DNA of 64,000 nt from an uncultured virus (IMG/VR IMGVR_UViG_3300029787_003156) (taxonomy: Duplodnaviria; Heunggongvirae; Uroviricota; Caudoviricetes), in the IMG/VR virus record IMGVR_UViG_3300029787_003156, one strand, 5' to 3'. The notes under the pieces are model-generated. The model saw nothing but the letters and a program-made list of their open reading frames with translations. It had not been told where the DNA came from and made no database searches. Position 1 is the first letter of the stretch. Each line of letters begins with the position of its first letter. Positions 7,823 to 18,139 of this stretch are shown here, in pieces. The position numbers and the translations under genes are program-made.

Positions 7823-9217
7823 TTACATTATGTTCGCAACTTGAACTCTTCTGTAGTACTTATTGCTGTTAGCTGTAAGTGCTCCAGATCCTTGTGTAAG
7901 TCCCTGTGAGAATGGGTTAGAAACCATACCGTAACGAGTCTTGAAACCAATTTTTGGTTGGAAGGTGTTAGGGTTGATTGCTCTAACTTGCTGTAACGGA
8001 ACGTAAGGACAGTAGAATAATCCTGCGTCGTAAGGAGATGTTCCTTTGTATCCTGCAACATAGAAGTGCTTGTCTGCTACGTTTGCTGAGAAAGGATCAA
8101 CATAAACCTTGATTCTTCCGTTTAATGTTCCAACAAGAGTTGAAGATGTATCGTCTACACCAGTCAAAGCGTTGTTACCATTAAGAGCAGGAGAGTAATC
8201 AAGAACTCCAGCCATTCCAAGAGCAGATGCTACGTCTGCAGAGCAGATTAGTATGTTGCCCTTCCCTCTACGAGTTTGCTGCCCGATAGCGTTTGAATCT
8301 CTTTCTATTTGGAATAGAAGTCCTTTGAATTTCTCAACTGACCATCTACCATTTGAGTCAACGTCAAGGTCAAAGATACCTGCATCAGCAACGTTATTCT
8401 GTGCACCTTCTACTGCGTTAACGTAGATAGTACGAACAACTTCTCTGTTTATTTCAGCAAGTATTTCTGTTGAAAGAATGTTAGACAATTCTTGCTCGGC
8501 ATCAAGACCATGAATTGCTTTCAAGTCTTGTGCGAGTTCGATTGAATACTCTGCCTTTAGTGCTCTAGACTTCGCAGTAACTGTGACCTTCTCGATTGAG
8601 AAACCCATTTCTCTGAAAGCAGTTGATGCAGAAGCATCGTCTAGTCCTTCAGCAGTTGTTGTTGCCATTCCTTGAGCATCACCTGTTAACTCGTAAGTTC
8701 CTGGTGAAGAATCATTAAGAACGCCTGGGTTTGCACCTTGTGCATCGTTAGTAGCGTCAGAAGCATTAGTATCATAGTTACTAAGACCTGTTCCTGGACC
8801 ACCAGAGAAACCTGCGTTTGGCTCGTTGAACATTGCCTCACGGAAGTCAGAAGAAGCAGGGCTTCTCTCGCTACCATAAGCTGTTCTCATTGCAAAGATA
8901 AGTCCTGTAGGACCTGTCATTGGTTGAACACCTGCGATATCGTAAGCGATCAACTGAGGCATTGATCTTCTGATCAATGAAATTAGAACTGGGTCGAAAC
9001 CTGCGACTGGACCTGTTGCGGTTGAACCGCCACCGAATCCACCTGTTCCAACTGTTTGAAGAGTTTCGTTTAAAGCATTCCCTTCTTCTTTTAATGCTAT
9101 TTCTTGGTTCTCAAGAAGTTGTGCGACTACGCCTTTCTTATATGTGTCCTCGATCTCTGGAAGAGCGTCGTGGTTTAGAACGGGTGCCCACTTTTCTTGG
9201 AGTGATTGTAGTGACAT
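7823..9217 (-). CDS. g23: Major capsid protein (T4 gp23)
   Basis: FDPVLISLIRRSMPQLIAYDIAGVQPMTGPTGLIFAMR, KSRALKAEYSIELAQDLKAIHGLDAE, FQPKIGFKTRYG. Confidence 0.99.
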   Translation of the reverse strand: MSLQSLQEKWAPVLNHDALPEIEDTYKKGVVAQLLENQEIALKEEGNALNETLQTVGTGGFGGGSTATGPVAGFDPVLISLIRRSMPQLIAYDIAGVQPMTGPTGLIFAMRTAYGSERSPASSDFREAMFNEPNAGFSGGPGTGLSNYDTNASDATNDAQGANPGVLNDSSPGTYELTGDAQGMATTTAEGLDDASASTAFREMGFSIEKVTVTAKSRALKAEYSIELAQDLKAIHGLDAEQELSNILSTEILAEINREVVRTIYVNAVEGAQNNVADAGIFDLDVDSNGRWSVEKFKGLLFQIERDSNAIGQQTRRGKGNILICSADVASALGMAGVLDYSPALNGNNALTGVDDTSSTLVGTLNGRIKVYVDPFSANVADKHFYVAGYKGTSPYDAGLFYCPYVPLQQVRAINPNTFQPKIGFKTRYGMVSNPFSQGLTQGSGALTANSNKYYRRVQVANIM

Positions 9218-9246
9218 TATGTCTCCTAGTAAGTAGTTTTATACAA

Positions 9247-10329
9247 TTATTTGGACCAACGAGCGATTGCATCGACGTATTTACCCATCGTACCGCTTGC
9301 TGTGCTTTCAACTAAGGGTTCTGAACTTTCTTCGGTGGGGTCAGTTTTTGCAGATTCTGCAGCAACTTCAGCCTTCCTAGTGAAATATGATTCCTTAATT
9401 GTCTCGACTTTAGATTTAAAGTCTTCTTCATTTTCAAACTCAACACCCTCTGCTAAAGAAGCAAGCTTCTCTTTTTGAGTCTCTGCGAGACCTGCAGCAC
9501 ATTCGTTCACGATTTCCATTTTAACAAACTCTCCAATCCTCTTGTTCAAAGATACATTAGAGTCGATTTGCTCATTGAGTTTCTTTTCCATATCATCTAG
9601 TTCCCCTGCCATACCATCAAGCAGGTTATATTTGTCTTCGGGAACATTAAAGTTATGTTCTACGAAGAGACCTTTTAGACCGTTAAAGAATGACTCTGCC
9701 ATCTCAGTCTTTATACCGTGCTCAACAGCGAGTGAATTCTCTTTGATCCACTGTTCAGCAGCATAAGATAGATAGTCATCGACTTTTTCAGCCAATTCTG
9801 TTTTGATCTTCTCGACTTCTTCAGTCAGAGTAGATTCAAATGCTTCGGTTAACGCTTTGGATTCCTCGTTAACACGAGAAGTAACTGCAGCTTCAAAGAT
9901 TGTTGCGGCTTTTACTCTGAACTCTTCTGTGAGTTCTTCACCTGCGACAAGAGCGTTAACATCCTCAGTAAAGTCGTACTTGGTTTCAGACTCTGGTTCT
10001 TCTTGGATTGTTTCGCCATCTTTCTTCTCCACGTCATCGAAGATTTTATTTGAAAGTCCACCAGGCATGGAACTTGATGCACCACTAGGTTTCGTCTTGA
10101 TTGAGGAATCCTTAGTAGCACCGACAGGTGATGCAGCTTTAGCTCCTAGATTTTCTGTTCCTTCTGGTTTACCCTTACTATCGGATCCACCGATATCTGT
10201 GTAATTACCTTGGGAAGTATCTATTTTTTCTCCAGACGTTGCACCTTTTGTTATAGCTGCGGTTCCAGTTGCTGCGTCTTCTTTCACTTGTTCCATGTTA
10301 TCTAACTCTTTAGTAGAGGTCTCAGACAT
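9247..10329 (-). CDS. g22: Prohead core scaffolding protein (T4 gp22)
   Basis: Acidic coiled coil, ELTEEFRVKAATIFEAAV, KVDDYLSY..EQW, K.ETIKESYF; between g21 and g23. Confidence 0.95.
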   Translation of the reverse strand: MSETSTKELDNMEQVKEDAATGTAAITKGATSGEKIDTSQGNYTDIGGSDSKGKPEGTENLGAKAASPVGATKDSSIKTKPSGASSSMPGGLSNKIFDDVEKKDGETIQEEPESETKYDFTEDVNALVAGEELTEEFRVKAATIFEAAVTSRVNEESKALTEAFESTLTEEVEKIKTELAEKVDDYLSYAAEQWIKENSLAVEHGIKTEMAESFFNGLKGLFVEHNFNVPEDKYNLLDGMAGELDDMEKKLNEQIDSNVSLNKRIGEFVKMEIVNECAAGLAETQKEKLASLAEGVEFENEEDFKSKVETIKESYFTRKAEVAAESAKTDPTEESSEPLVESTASGTMGKYVDAIARWSK

Positions 10330-10365
10330 TGTTTAACTCCGATTTCTTAGCGTTATATACAGTTT

Positions 10366-10373
10366 TATTTATA
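10366..10373 (-). promoter_or_regulatory. Late promoter TATAAATA for g22-g23
   Basis: Exact T4 late consensus in the g21-g22 spacer, followed by a GGAG RBS. Confidence 0.85.
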
Positions 10374-10375
10374 AA

Positions 10376-11020
10376 CTACAGACTCTTAAGAAACTTTTCA
10401 AATGCGGAAAGCTTCTTTTCCTGTATGTTTATAAGAGTTGCATGGTCAATTTCTCTCTTAATTTCCGCAATTGCTGCTTCTTTTAAGATGCCATTATCCC
10501 AAACCCACTCCTTTCCTTCCATGATTCCATCCACAAAAGCGTCTGGAGCAGAAGGGTCTGCTACTATATCAGCAGCAGTAGCAAGCATAAAGTCATCTTG
10601 GACTATGCTGCTATTGTTTTCTTTCTTCAGAGAACCCATTCCTCTTGAAGAAACACCTAGTCTTACACCTTCACCTAGTAGTGAGGACGCTATGTTACCC
10701 ATAGGTGTATCAAGTATCTTTGCTCTTCCAACGAAATTGTTTCCGTCTTCTCTCAAAGATTCGATCTTATGTGATACTCTATCTAGGTTGATTGAAGGAC
10801 CATCAGGATGTCCAAGTTCTCCAAGTGCACGACCTTTTTGGATCTGTGCCTCATCGTACTTAGCAACTTCTCTCTGAAGTGTCTTGAAAGGATACATCCT
10901 TCCATTCTTGTTTGTTATCTCAGATTGTAAAAATATACCTTCGATAAAGTGTGATTTTTTACCACCCTTTTCTTCAGTAATAAATTCTACTGCTTCGATT
11001 TCTTCAGCTATTAGTCTCAT
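10376..11020 (-). CDS. g21: Prohead protease (T4 gp21)
   Basis: IEGIFLQ, NKNGRMYP, RALGELGHP, GVSSRGMGSL, DIVADPSAPDAFV. Confidence 0.97.
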   Translation of the reverse strand: MRLIAEEIEAVEFITEEKGGKKSHFIEGIFLQSEITNKNGRMYPFKTLQREVAKYDEAQIQKGRALGELGHPDGPSINLDRVSHKIESLREDGNNFVGRAKILDTPMGNIASSLLGEGVRLGVSSRGMGSLKKENNSSIVQDDFMLATAADIVADPSAPDAFVDGIMEGKEWVWDNGILKEAAIAEIKREIDHATLINIQEKKLSAFEKFLKSL

Positions 11021-11342
11021 TGTTGGGTTCCTCTACGGGTTCTTCGGCAGGTGGTTCTGTTTGAACCTCACCTTCTGGTGCTTCATGAGGCATTCTACCT
11101 ACTACAGGTTCTACCTTTGTTTCACCAGATCCATCATCAACAAGTTTATCTTCTAGATCATCCGCAACAGCTTGTGCAGTTTGATCCATATCAAAACCCA
11201 TTGATTTTGCAAACTCAGCCTTCTGAGCTTGTATTGCATCATAAGCTGTAGCACTCAATGCATCATTCATTGCATCAACTGCTTTTGCTTTTTCATCTCC
11301 AAATATATGGTCGATGATTGTATTTGCTATTTCGCTTGCCAT
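11004..11342 (-). CDS. Acidic small protein in the g67/g68 position; probable prohead core protein
   Basis: 112 aa, very acidic C-terminus, between g20 and g21, with a CTAAATA late promoter at 11364-11370. Confidence 0.65.
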   Translation of the reverse strand: MASEIANTIIDHIFGDEKAKAVDAMNDALSATAYDAIQAQKAEFAKSMGFDMDQTAQAVADDLEDKLVDDGSGETKVEPVVGRMPHEAPEGEVQTEPPAEEPVEEPNNETNS

Positions 11343-11363
11343 AAATTAGTTACCTTCATTATC

Positions 11364-11370
11364 TATTTAG
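11364..11370 (-). promoter_or_regulatory. Late promoter (CTAAATA variant)
   Basis: Just after the g20 stop, upstream of the 112-aa gene. Confidence 0.6.
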
Positions 11371-11373
11371 TAA

Positions 11374-12990
11374 TTAGAACTCCCCTCGTTTCTGGTCGGC
11401 AGGGTCAATCGCGGACTTTGGGTCTTGGGGTACTCCATTATCGGGTGGAACTCCACCCTCTTCACCTGGCATCATTCCCATTTCTGCTGCCATTTGATCT
11501 TCTGGAGACATAATTAATCCTGCCTCTGTTTCTGCCTCTATCTGTTTATCGATCTCTTGCATTTCAACGTCAGTCTGTTTAAGGATTTGACGACGTATGT
11601 GTTCGATAGAGAAGTATTTACCGACATAAGGATCCATCTGATTAACTTCATTCATCCTTTCGTTACGGATTTCAATCTCTTTGAGTTCAGTAAAGTAGTT
11701 ATCAGCGATATAATCAAACTGAATATGCTCTTTATACTCTTCCCAATCTTCAATAGATATAATTCCTTTTAGAATTAATTGAGTCTTGAGGAGATCTGTA
11801 AACAACTCTCCGAAACGTTTGCGTAAACGTGCAACAAACTTTTGGAATTTAACTTCATCACGTGTGATTTCAGCAGCACGTCCTATGTTAAATGTAGTTT
11901 CTGTTTCTAACCTTGAGTTCGGAACGTTTAGTGATTTGTATAATTTTTTCTGGAAGTACTTGACATCCTCAAGTTCTCCAAGATTTTGTCCACCTGGTAA
12001 CGTAGTGATCTCAGTGCCTCGTCCCCCTTCTCGTCTGGGTAACCAGAAGTCTTCGAGCATTGACATGAACTTCTTGTCATCTTTAATTTCTCCTGTATTT
12101 GCATCATAAACAAGTTTGTTTCTATAACGACCCATAACTTCACGAAGGTATTGCTCCGCTTTGTTCTTAGGTAAGTTACCAACATCAATGTAAAATATTC
12201 TTCTTTCTGGTGCTCTTGATAGTCTGTATATAACTAAACTATCTTCAATCATTCTTAACTGATTGACTGCCTTAATTGCTTTGTGTAAATGCGACAAGAC
12301 CATATTCTTATTAAGATCCTGTATACCAGAGTGACAATATGTAATTGAATCTGGTGCAATTTTTAATCCTTGATTGGTAGAATTTCTAAGACCTTTAGGA
12401 TTGTATAAGAAATAATCAGCACTCTTCTGAGTTAATTGACTATTCAGATCTTGAGCTCTTAATTCACCAGGTTTCTTTTGATCATACTCGGTAACCTTGC
12501 GGATCTTACGAGGATCAATATAGCGTAATTCTATTAAACCGTTGCGTGGTTTATTTGGGTCTATAACTTTATGATAATATAATCTACCGTCAACATACCA
12601 TCTACGGAAGATCTCATAAGATCTATTATCAAAATCTAATAAGCGAAGAATCTCTTGGAATTCTTCCCTCATTAATTTCTTAATTTTTTCAGATACCTTG
12701 AGGTTAGATAGTTCTAACTCTACAGGTACATCGTCAAAGTTACCACATATAGTTTCGTTAACTACATCGTCAACTGCACTATCACATTCTGGTTGGAGAA
12801 CCATCTCCCTGTAACGAGTGATGAGTTCATGTTCATTACGAACAGTCCCATCCATATCGATTGAGTAACCATAGTACCCACCACCAACTACGGGTTGTGA
12901 CCCGTCTAAGCTATCCTTTTGAACAAAAGAAGGTCCCTTGGGAACCTTCTTTGCTCTCTGCAGTGAAAAACCGAAGAGCTGTTGTGCCAT
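11374..12990 (-). CDS. g20: Portal vertex protein (T4 gp20)
   Basis: YRLSRAPERRIFYIDVGNLPKNKAEQYL, MLEDFWLPRREGGRGTEITTLPGGQNLGE, ITRDEVKF. Confidence 0.99.
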   Translation of the reverse strand: MAQQLFGFSLQRAKKVPKGPSFVQKDSLDGSQPVVGGGYYGYSIDMDGTVRNEHELITRYREMVLQPECDSAVDDVVNETICGNFDDVPVELELSNLKVSEKIKKLMREEFQEILRLLDFDNRSYEIFRRWYVDGRLYYHKVIDPNKPRNGLIELRYIDPRKIRKVTEYDQKKPGELRAQDLNSQLTQKSADYFLYNPKGLRNSTNQGLKIAPDSITYCHSGIQDLNKNMVLSHLHKAIKAVNQLRMIEDSLVIYRLSRAPERRIFYIDVGNLPKNKAEQYLREVMGRYRNKLVYDANTGEIKDDKKFMSMLEDFWLPRREGGRGTEITTLPGGQNLGELEDVKYFQKKLYKSLNVPNSRLETETTFNIGRAAEITRDEVKFQKFVARLRKRFGELFTDLLKTQLILKGIISIEDWEEYKEHIQFDYIADNYFTELKEIEIRNERMNEVNQMDPYVGKYFSIEHIRRQILKQTDVEMQEIDKQIEAETEAGLIMSPEDQMAAEMGMMPGEEGGVPPDNGVPQDPKSAIDPADQKRGEF

Positions 12991-13015
12991 TATATTTTAA
13001 GATTTGTTCCTACTA

Positions 13016-13022
13016 TATTTAG
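13016..13022 (-). promoter_or_regulatory. Late promoter (CTAAATA variant) for g20
   Basis: In the g19-g20 spacer. Confidence 0.6.
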
Positions 13023-13026
13023 GGGG

Positions 13027-13608
13027 TTACTGAGAAGTCAATTCTGGCATCCAGTATTGTACTTGTAACTCCACTGTGAACTCTTCAACTGCGTCGTTAT
13101 TACCGAAGTCAAGATCGATTGCAGCGATATTACTTGGGAATACGTTGTAGAACTTATAAGATTTAAGAATCTTAGGTTGCTCACCTGCCTTAAGATCTCT
13201 TGCCAACTGATGAACTTTCATATCAGCGAAGTAACCAGTACTATCAGACTTGTCACCAAGACCTGCAGCTGATGTAAAGTTCTCATTATATGCTTGAATG
13301 CTACTTGCCCACAATTCAAATGCGGTTCTGACTTTGAATCCACTGTCATTCATAACAGTAATTGTCCAAGGTTCAAATGTCCTGTCTCCTGCAATCTTTA
13401 ATACTCTTCCTCTGAAAGGAACTTCTATAACACCAACCTGAGATGAAGGTAGATTTGCTGCTCTCACAGTAAACTTCCCTAAATCAATAAGGTCTGCTCC
13501 TTGAAGTATATCAGTAGGGAAAGCAAGATCAACTTGGAATAGATTAGGACGTGCGAAGTCTGAGGTCACCTTCGCTTTAAAATCATCAATAGTTCCTCTT
13601 TCTGCCAT
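13027..13608 (-). CDS. g19: Tail tube protein (T4 gp19)
   Basis: ARPNLFQV, VPFRGRVLKIAGDRTFEPWTITV.ND, VEEFTVELQVQYW. Confidence 0.97.
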   Translation of the reverse strand: MAERGTIDDFKAKVTSDFARPNLFQVDLAFPTDILQGADLIDLGKFTVRAANLPSSQVGVIEVPFRGRVLKIAGDRTFEPWTITVMNDSGFKVRTAFELWASSIQAYNENFTSAAGLGDKSDSTGYFADMKVHQLARDLKAGEQPKILKSYKFYNVFPSNIAAIDLDFGNNDAVEEFTVELQVQYWMPELTSQ

Positions 13609-13642
13609 TGGTTCCTTTATATAAAAAAATTTCCGTCAGTAG

Positions 13643-13649
13643 TATTTAG
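13643..13649 (-). promoter_or_regulatory. Late promoter (CTAAATA variant) for g19
   Basis: Downstream of the g18 terminator, upstream of g19. Confidence 0.6.
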
Positions 13650-13671
13650 ACAAAATAAAATTTTTAAGCAT

Positions 13672-13697
13672 AAAAAAAGACTCCCGAAGGAGTCTTT
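13672..13697 (-). terminator. Rho-independent terminator after g18 with C(UUCG)G tetraloop
   Basis: Minus strand AAAGACTCC-TTCG-GGAGTCTTT plus a T run. Confidence 0.9.
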
Positions 13698-13713
13698 CTT
13701 TAATATTTCAGTG

Positions 13714-15966
13714 CTAGCTTGCTACTTCACCGAAACTTACACCTGTCCGTGTTGCAACGAATGTTAGTGTAATGTAGTTAATTGTGCGTGTTGGCTTCAA
13801 GTATACTTCCGCATAGAATTCTCCACGGTCAACTGCCTCTGGAGTATTGTTAGAAGAATCACACTTAACAATAAAGTCTGTAACACCTCTACGTCCTTGA
13901 ACATCCCTTAGATAAGGTTCAACGATATTAACAAAGAGTGATCTTTGTGACTCATCGTTCTGTTCAAATAGTTGTGCTTTAGCAGCACCAGAGATAACTC
14001 TCTCAACAACCAAGAACAAACGACGAATGTTAATTCTGTCAAATGCACTTGCAAATCCAAGAGCAGTTTTATCACCGAATAGTACCACACCCTGACCAGG
14101 GAAGGATACGATTGGGTTAACCCTGTTAGCGTATAAGTTATCACGTTGTGACTTAGTTGGTGTATATGCTAGTTTAATAGCATTTCTTAGAACACCACGT
14201 TGGAAACCTGCAGGTGAGAACCATGCCTCAGCAGTTTCTGTTGCTTGTAAACATAGACCTGCTACGTCACCATTACAAGGAACGTATCTATAAACATCAT
14301 TATACTTATCGTAGATATATTTGTATCCAGAATCAAATACCATGTATGATGAACTTGGTAATTGCTTGAAGAAGTCAATTATATTTGAAGTAACGGTTGT
14401 TCCACTACTTACACCAACAACGTTTGCACGTCTAGGTGATACGAATAACATACAGTCTCTACGCTCTTCTATGATATTTGTTAGCGAAGTAATCTTAGCG
14501 ATTGCACTTGAATCATCAGCACCAGAAGGACCAGCGAGAATAAAGTCGATTGTCTGTGACTCAGGATCTTCTACTAATTGATATGCAGTAGCGACATCAG
14601 TATTTGAAACTGTATAGTTACCACCAGATGCTGCATAGTCTGCACCACTGGAAAGTCTGTAGTAATATGTTGAGTTATTTTTAGAACCTATAGTTGTTCT
14701 TCCTGCAGGATAATCTGTTGAACCTGCTGCAGAACGTAGTAAGTTATACTGCTTGTTCTGAGCACTTCCACCAAATACACCATCAGAAGGTGTTCCAGTA
14801 GCAGCGAATGTTGTATCTTCGTGCTCACCCCAATAAACATATTGTGATTTTTGCTTAAGAACTTCTGGATAGTAGTTAGTTTCTCCTACAGAAGTTTTAG
14901 CGTCAACTGCTTTTGATAAACCGACAAATCTTTCAAGTAATGCACCAACAGTACCTGTGATTTTACCGTCTATATCAATAACAAGAACGTGTAGTTCATC
15001 TCTAAATCCACCGTTTGAACTTGCAAACTGTGAAGTCTCAGGACGTGGAGCCACGTTAATCCACTTTACGCCAGGTAGATACTCACGCTCTGCATACTCA
15101 TTTCTTACAGAAGTAATAGCGAATGCTGTAGAGTTTGTATCTTGGATACTATCAGCAGCAGCAAAAGCAACAGTGCCTTTGTTAGATGCGATATATAATT
15201 TTCTTTCAATACCACCTGTAGCGATATCGCAAGTATTTGATCCTTGAGTTATTGTTTGAGCATCAGCAATGATACCAGTAACTCCACCACCAGGTAATCC
15301 AATCTCTAATTTAAGATTTGTTGGATCCCATGCTAATACATTAACTGTTTCGTTAGAACCAGAAATACTAATAGTAGTTGTTGTACCAGGTGTAAAATCT
15401 CCGACAACGTTTGTGACTGTTAAGACAATAGAGTATTTGAATACTTTACCTGCAGCACCAGATGCAGCAGATACAGCAGCGTCTGCAACGAACTCAGGAT
15501 CGTTACCAGAACCAGGAGCAGGGATAACAGCAATTTGATCAGCACCTGCGTCAGTTACAAATACACCAACTGAGTTACCTTTAGAACCTGCAGTTCTAGC
15601 AGCCCATGTCCAGTTGTTATTTGCTTCTTCGTAAGTTGTTTCGTAAGATTGTAAATTCTTAATTAATGGAGCAGTTCCTGTATCAACAGCATTTTTCAAT
15701 GATGAAGAGGATACGCGGATTGTTTTTAATGTTCCACCATATGCAAGATACTGTGCTGCAGTAAACCAATACTCATAGTTGTTATCATTTGGTTCACCAA
15801 ACACTTCTGCAAGTTGTCTCTCACTTGAGACCTCGATGATTTCTTCTACAGGTCCCAACTCAAAGGGGGCTGCAATTACACCAATATTAGCAGTCGATAC
15901 AGTTGAGACTGTTGTCAGATCTCTCTCTTGTACTACTACACCTGGCGATGACTGATTCGCTGCCAT
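13714..15966 (-). CDS. g18: Tail sheath protein (T4 gp18)
   Basis: SPGVVVQERDLT, WFSPAGFQRG, GDKTAL...SAFDRINIRRLF, LFEQND, KP.RTINYITL.FVATRTGVSF. Confidence 0.98.
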   Translation of the reverse strand: MAANQSSPGVVVQERDLTTVSTVSTANIGVIAAPFELGPVEEIIEVSSERQLAEVFGEPNDNNYEYWFTAAQYLAYGGTLKTIRVSSSSLKNAVDTGTAPLIKNLQSYETTYEEANNNWTWAARTAGSKGNSVGVFVTDAGADQIAVIPAPGSGNDPEFVADAAVSAASGAAGKVFKYSIVLTVTNVVGDFTPGTTTTISISGSNETVNVLAWDPTNLKLEIGLPGGGVTGIIADAQTITQGSNTCDIATGGIERKLYIASNKGTVAFAAADSIQDTNSTAFAITSVRNEYAEREYLPGVKWINVAPRPETSQFASSNGGFRDELHVLVIDIDGKITGTVGALLERFVGLSKAVDAKTSVGETNYYPEVLKQKSQYVYWGEHEDTTFAATGTPSDGVFGGSAQNKQYNLLRSAAGSTDYPAGRTTIGSKNNSTYYYRLSSGADYAASGGNYTVSNTDVATAYQLVEDPESQTIDFILAGPSGADDSSAIAKITSLTNIIEERRDCMLFVSPRRANVVGVSSGTTVTSNIIDFFKQLPSSSYMVFDSGYKYIYDKYNDVYRYVPCNGDVAGLCLQATETAEAWFSPAGFQRGVLRNAIKLAYTPTKSQRDNLYANRVNPIVSFPGQGVVLFGDKTALGFASAFDRINIRRLFLVVERVISGAAKAQLFEQNDESQRSLFVNIVEPYLRDVQGRRGVTDFIVKCDSSNNTPEAVDRGEFYAEVYLKPTRTINYITLTFVATRTGVSFGEVAS

Positions 15967-16006
15967 GTTTATATACTCCTAGAATGCCTTAGCGGTTGTC
16001 TAAGAT

Positions 16007-16014
16007 TATTTATA
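16007..16014 (-). promoter_or_regulatory. Late promoter TATAAATA for g18
   Basis: Exact consensus in the g17-g18 spacer, followed by an AGGAG RBS. Confidence 0.85.
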
Positions 16015-16025
16015 TTTTTGAAACG

Positions 16026-17675
16026 TCACCTAAAATCAAGCATGTGTTGGACATCCCCATATTCCGCGAGTTGCCATCTTTCCCCTTGAGCATCCACAAT
16101 AACTTCATCTTCTAAACCATCACTTACAAATCCAAATGGTGCCATATCTTGTTCTATTGATTCTCTTTGATCTGCATATATCCTTGCCCTCACATCATTG
16201 TCATTCATTTCTTTAAAGTATTCTTGCATTGCCATCCATGCAAAAATAACAAGACACATAGCAAGGTCATCATGACATCCGTCTTCCGCTTGAAATGAAT
16301 TACCTTTCTGAATAAACGTAGTTAGTTCTGCAATAGTATCGTAATCTGGGACTAATAATTTATCATCCTCTATCAATGCTTTAAGATTAGAACAACCAAC
16401 TTGTTTAACTGCAGTGCTCATCTTTACACCTAGTTGTGTTTTCTTACCAGAAAAACCTTGTCCTAGTTGTTGACCTGCTCTACCACGCATAGCAGCCATT
16501 AATAGATTCTCATATTCCAAATCATATTGAATGATGTCTGCTACCTGTCCACCTATGTCATTTACTTCACAAAGAATATACGCATTGTTATAATTCTTCG
16601 CTACACTTACAATTATATCTGGAAAGATAATAGGTTTAATTTCATTGTTCTTGTACCGTGCAACCATTTGATATGGAACGGTTGTAGAATCCATCACTAC
16701 AAATGCTGAATAGTCTCCTCCGATACCACGAGAGACATCAACAGTAAGTATATAATTATGTCCTTCCTTGCGATCTTCATAGACTGCTAACCCCCTATTC
16801 TGTGTTAATGGATCTTTATATGGCATTACTCCTAACTTACTAGGAGATATAAGGGTATCAACAGAACCTAAGAATTCACAATCAAATTCAACTCTGAACT
16901 GTGATTCAGAGGTATTTTCGATAGTCTGTTGTTTCCACTTGGCATCTCTGCCAGGTACCTGAGACCAGTGTACCTCAGTGGTTTTATAATTGTTTGCTCC
17001 TCTCTCTGCATCGTGCCAAATCTTATAGTAAAGATTCATCCCGTGAGGAGTGGAGATAATAATAACTTTAGTTGACTTACCAGATGAAATTGTAGGATAC
17101 ACACTAGCAAAAAACTGTTCAGCAATATGATTCGGAACAAACGCGAATTCGTCCAGAAAAATAATGTTAAAGGACATACCGCGAACAGCAGAAGCACTAG
17201 TACTTGAAGCGAGGATCTTACTTCCGTTCTCCAACTCCAAGCTTCCTTTGTTCCACCCCAAGATACCTTGTTGCATCCATTTAGGAAGATTCTCGTAAGA
17301 TAACTGTAAGCGTCCCAACATCTCTCTTGCAGTTGGTGCTTTGTTTGCGAGGATTGCGACATTTACATTAGCATTAAAAAGAACATACCATAATAGATAT
17401 GCTGTAACGATTGTTGACTTACCAGACTGTCTAGGTAACTTTGCAATATTGAATCTGTGTTCATGGAATTTTGTTACCATGTCTTCTTGGAAGTCGTACA
17501 TGTCAAATGGCACAACACCTTCATCAAGAGAAACAATTTTAATATACTTTCGTATAAAGTAAATTGGATCTTCAGCACATTTCAAATACTCAGCAACTTG
17601 TTTCTTAGTAAAGTTCTGAGGAACATTTGCTTTTTTAAGATTAGGATTACCTAGGTATACACCTTGCTCTGACAT
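16026..17675 (-). CDS. g17: Terminase large subunit (T4 gp17)
   Basis: YLGNPNLKK, Walker A PRQSGKST, Walker B IIFLDEFAF, STPHG coupling motif, nuclease DVSRG..GDYS and HDDL. Confidence 0.98.
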   Translation of the reverse strand: MSEQGVYLGNPNLKKANVPQNFTKKQVAEYLKCAEDPIYFIRKYIKIVSLDEGVVPFDMYDFQEDMVTKFHEHRFNIAKLPRQSGKSTIVTAYLLWYVLFNANVNVAILANKAPTAREMLGRLQLSYENLPKWMQQGILGWNKGSLELENGSKILASSTSASAVRGMSFNIIFLDEFAFVPNHIAEQFFASVYPTISSGKSTKVIIISTPHGMNLYYKIWHDAERGANNYKTTEVHWSQVPGRDAKWKQQTIENTSESQFRVEFDCEFLGSVDTLISPSKLGVMPYKDPLTQNRGLAVYEDRKEGHNYILTVDVSRGIGGDYSAFVVMDSTTVPYQMVARYKNNEIKPIIFPDIIVSVAKNYNNAYILCEVNDIGGQVADIIQYDLEYENLLMAAMRGRAGQQLGQGFSGKKTQLGVKMSTAVKQVGCSNLKALIEDDKLLVPDYDTIAELTTFIQKGNSFQAEDGCHDDLAMCLVIFAWMAMQEYFKEMNDNDVRARIYADQRESIEQDMAPFGFVSDGLEDEVIVDAQGERWQLAEYGDVQHMLDFR

Positions 17676-18139
17676 TAACCCTCCTGTAAAGTTCCGAATG
17701 ATCTACGTATTTCTCTCAACTCTTCAAAGTTTTTCTGCTTCGTTCCACCATCATACTCCCACGCATACCCTTCCTTTATCATAACTTCGTTCACGGAAAG
17801 AGTATCCTCGCCAATATACAACCACCCAAGAAGACGACCATACTTACCCATCCCCCCTTTAAGTTCGGTTCTGATTGTGAGTTCTTCATCTCCTGCTATT
17901 GTATCCTCTAATTTTTTCTTTAAGTAATTAGTTGCGTCTATACCTAATGCCTTCTCTTCTAAGTCTCTTGTTCTCTTCTCAGGAGTATCAATTCCAGCTA
18001 CACGCACTCTTTCAGATTTGTAAAGATCAAATCCTAAGTCGATTGTCACATCAATCGTATCGCCATCCACTACTCTGTCTATCGACACTACTCGGAAGTT
18101 GTAACAACTCTTCCTGCTCGGTGGCACCATTGCTCCCAT
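17675..18139 (-). CDS. Thermonuclease (SNase-like) family nuclease
   Basis: RVVDGDTIDV, RVRVAGIDTPE, GKYGRLLG, N..MI.EGYAW. Start moved to 18139 (GGAG RBS 7 nt upstream; the ORF track starts at 18145). Stop overlaps the g17 start (TAATG). Confidence 0.9.
   Translation of the reverse strand: MGAMVPPSRKSCYNFRVVSIDRVVDGDTIDVTIDLGFDLYKSERVRVAGIDTPEKRTRDLEEKALGIDATNYLKKKLEDTIAGDEELTIRTELKGGMGKYGRLLGWLYIGEDTLSVNEVMIKEGYAWEYDGGTKQKNFEELREIRRSFGTLQEG

Noticed and set aside
771..17675. Introns, inteins or homing endonucleases in g46, uvsW, g23, g20 or g17
   Set aside because: The genes are uninterrupted and of ordinary length; I saw no intein splice motifs and no HNH, GIY-YIG or LAGLIDADG ORFs.
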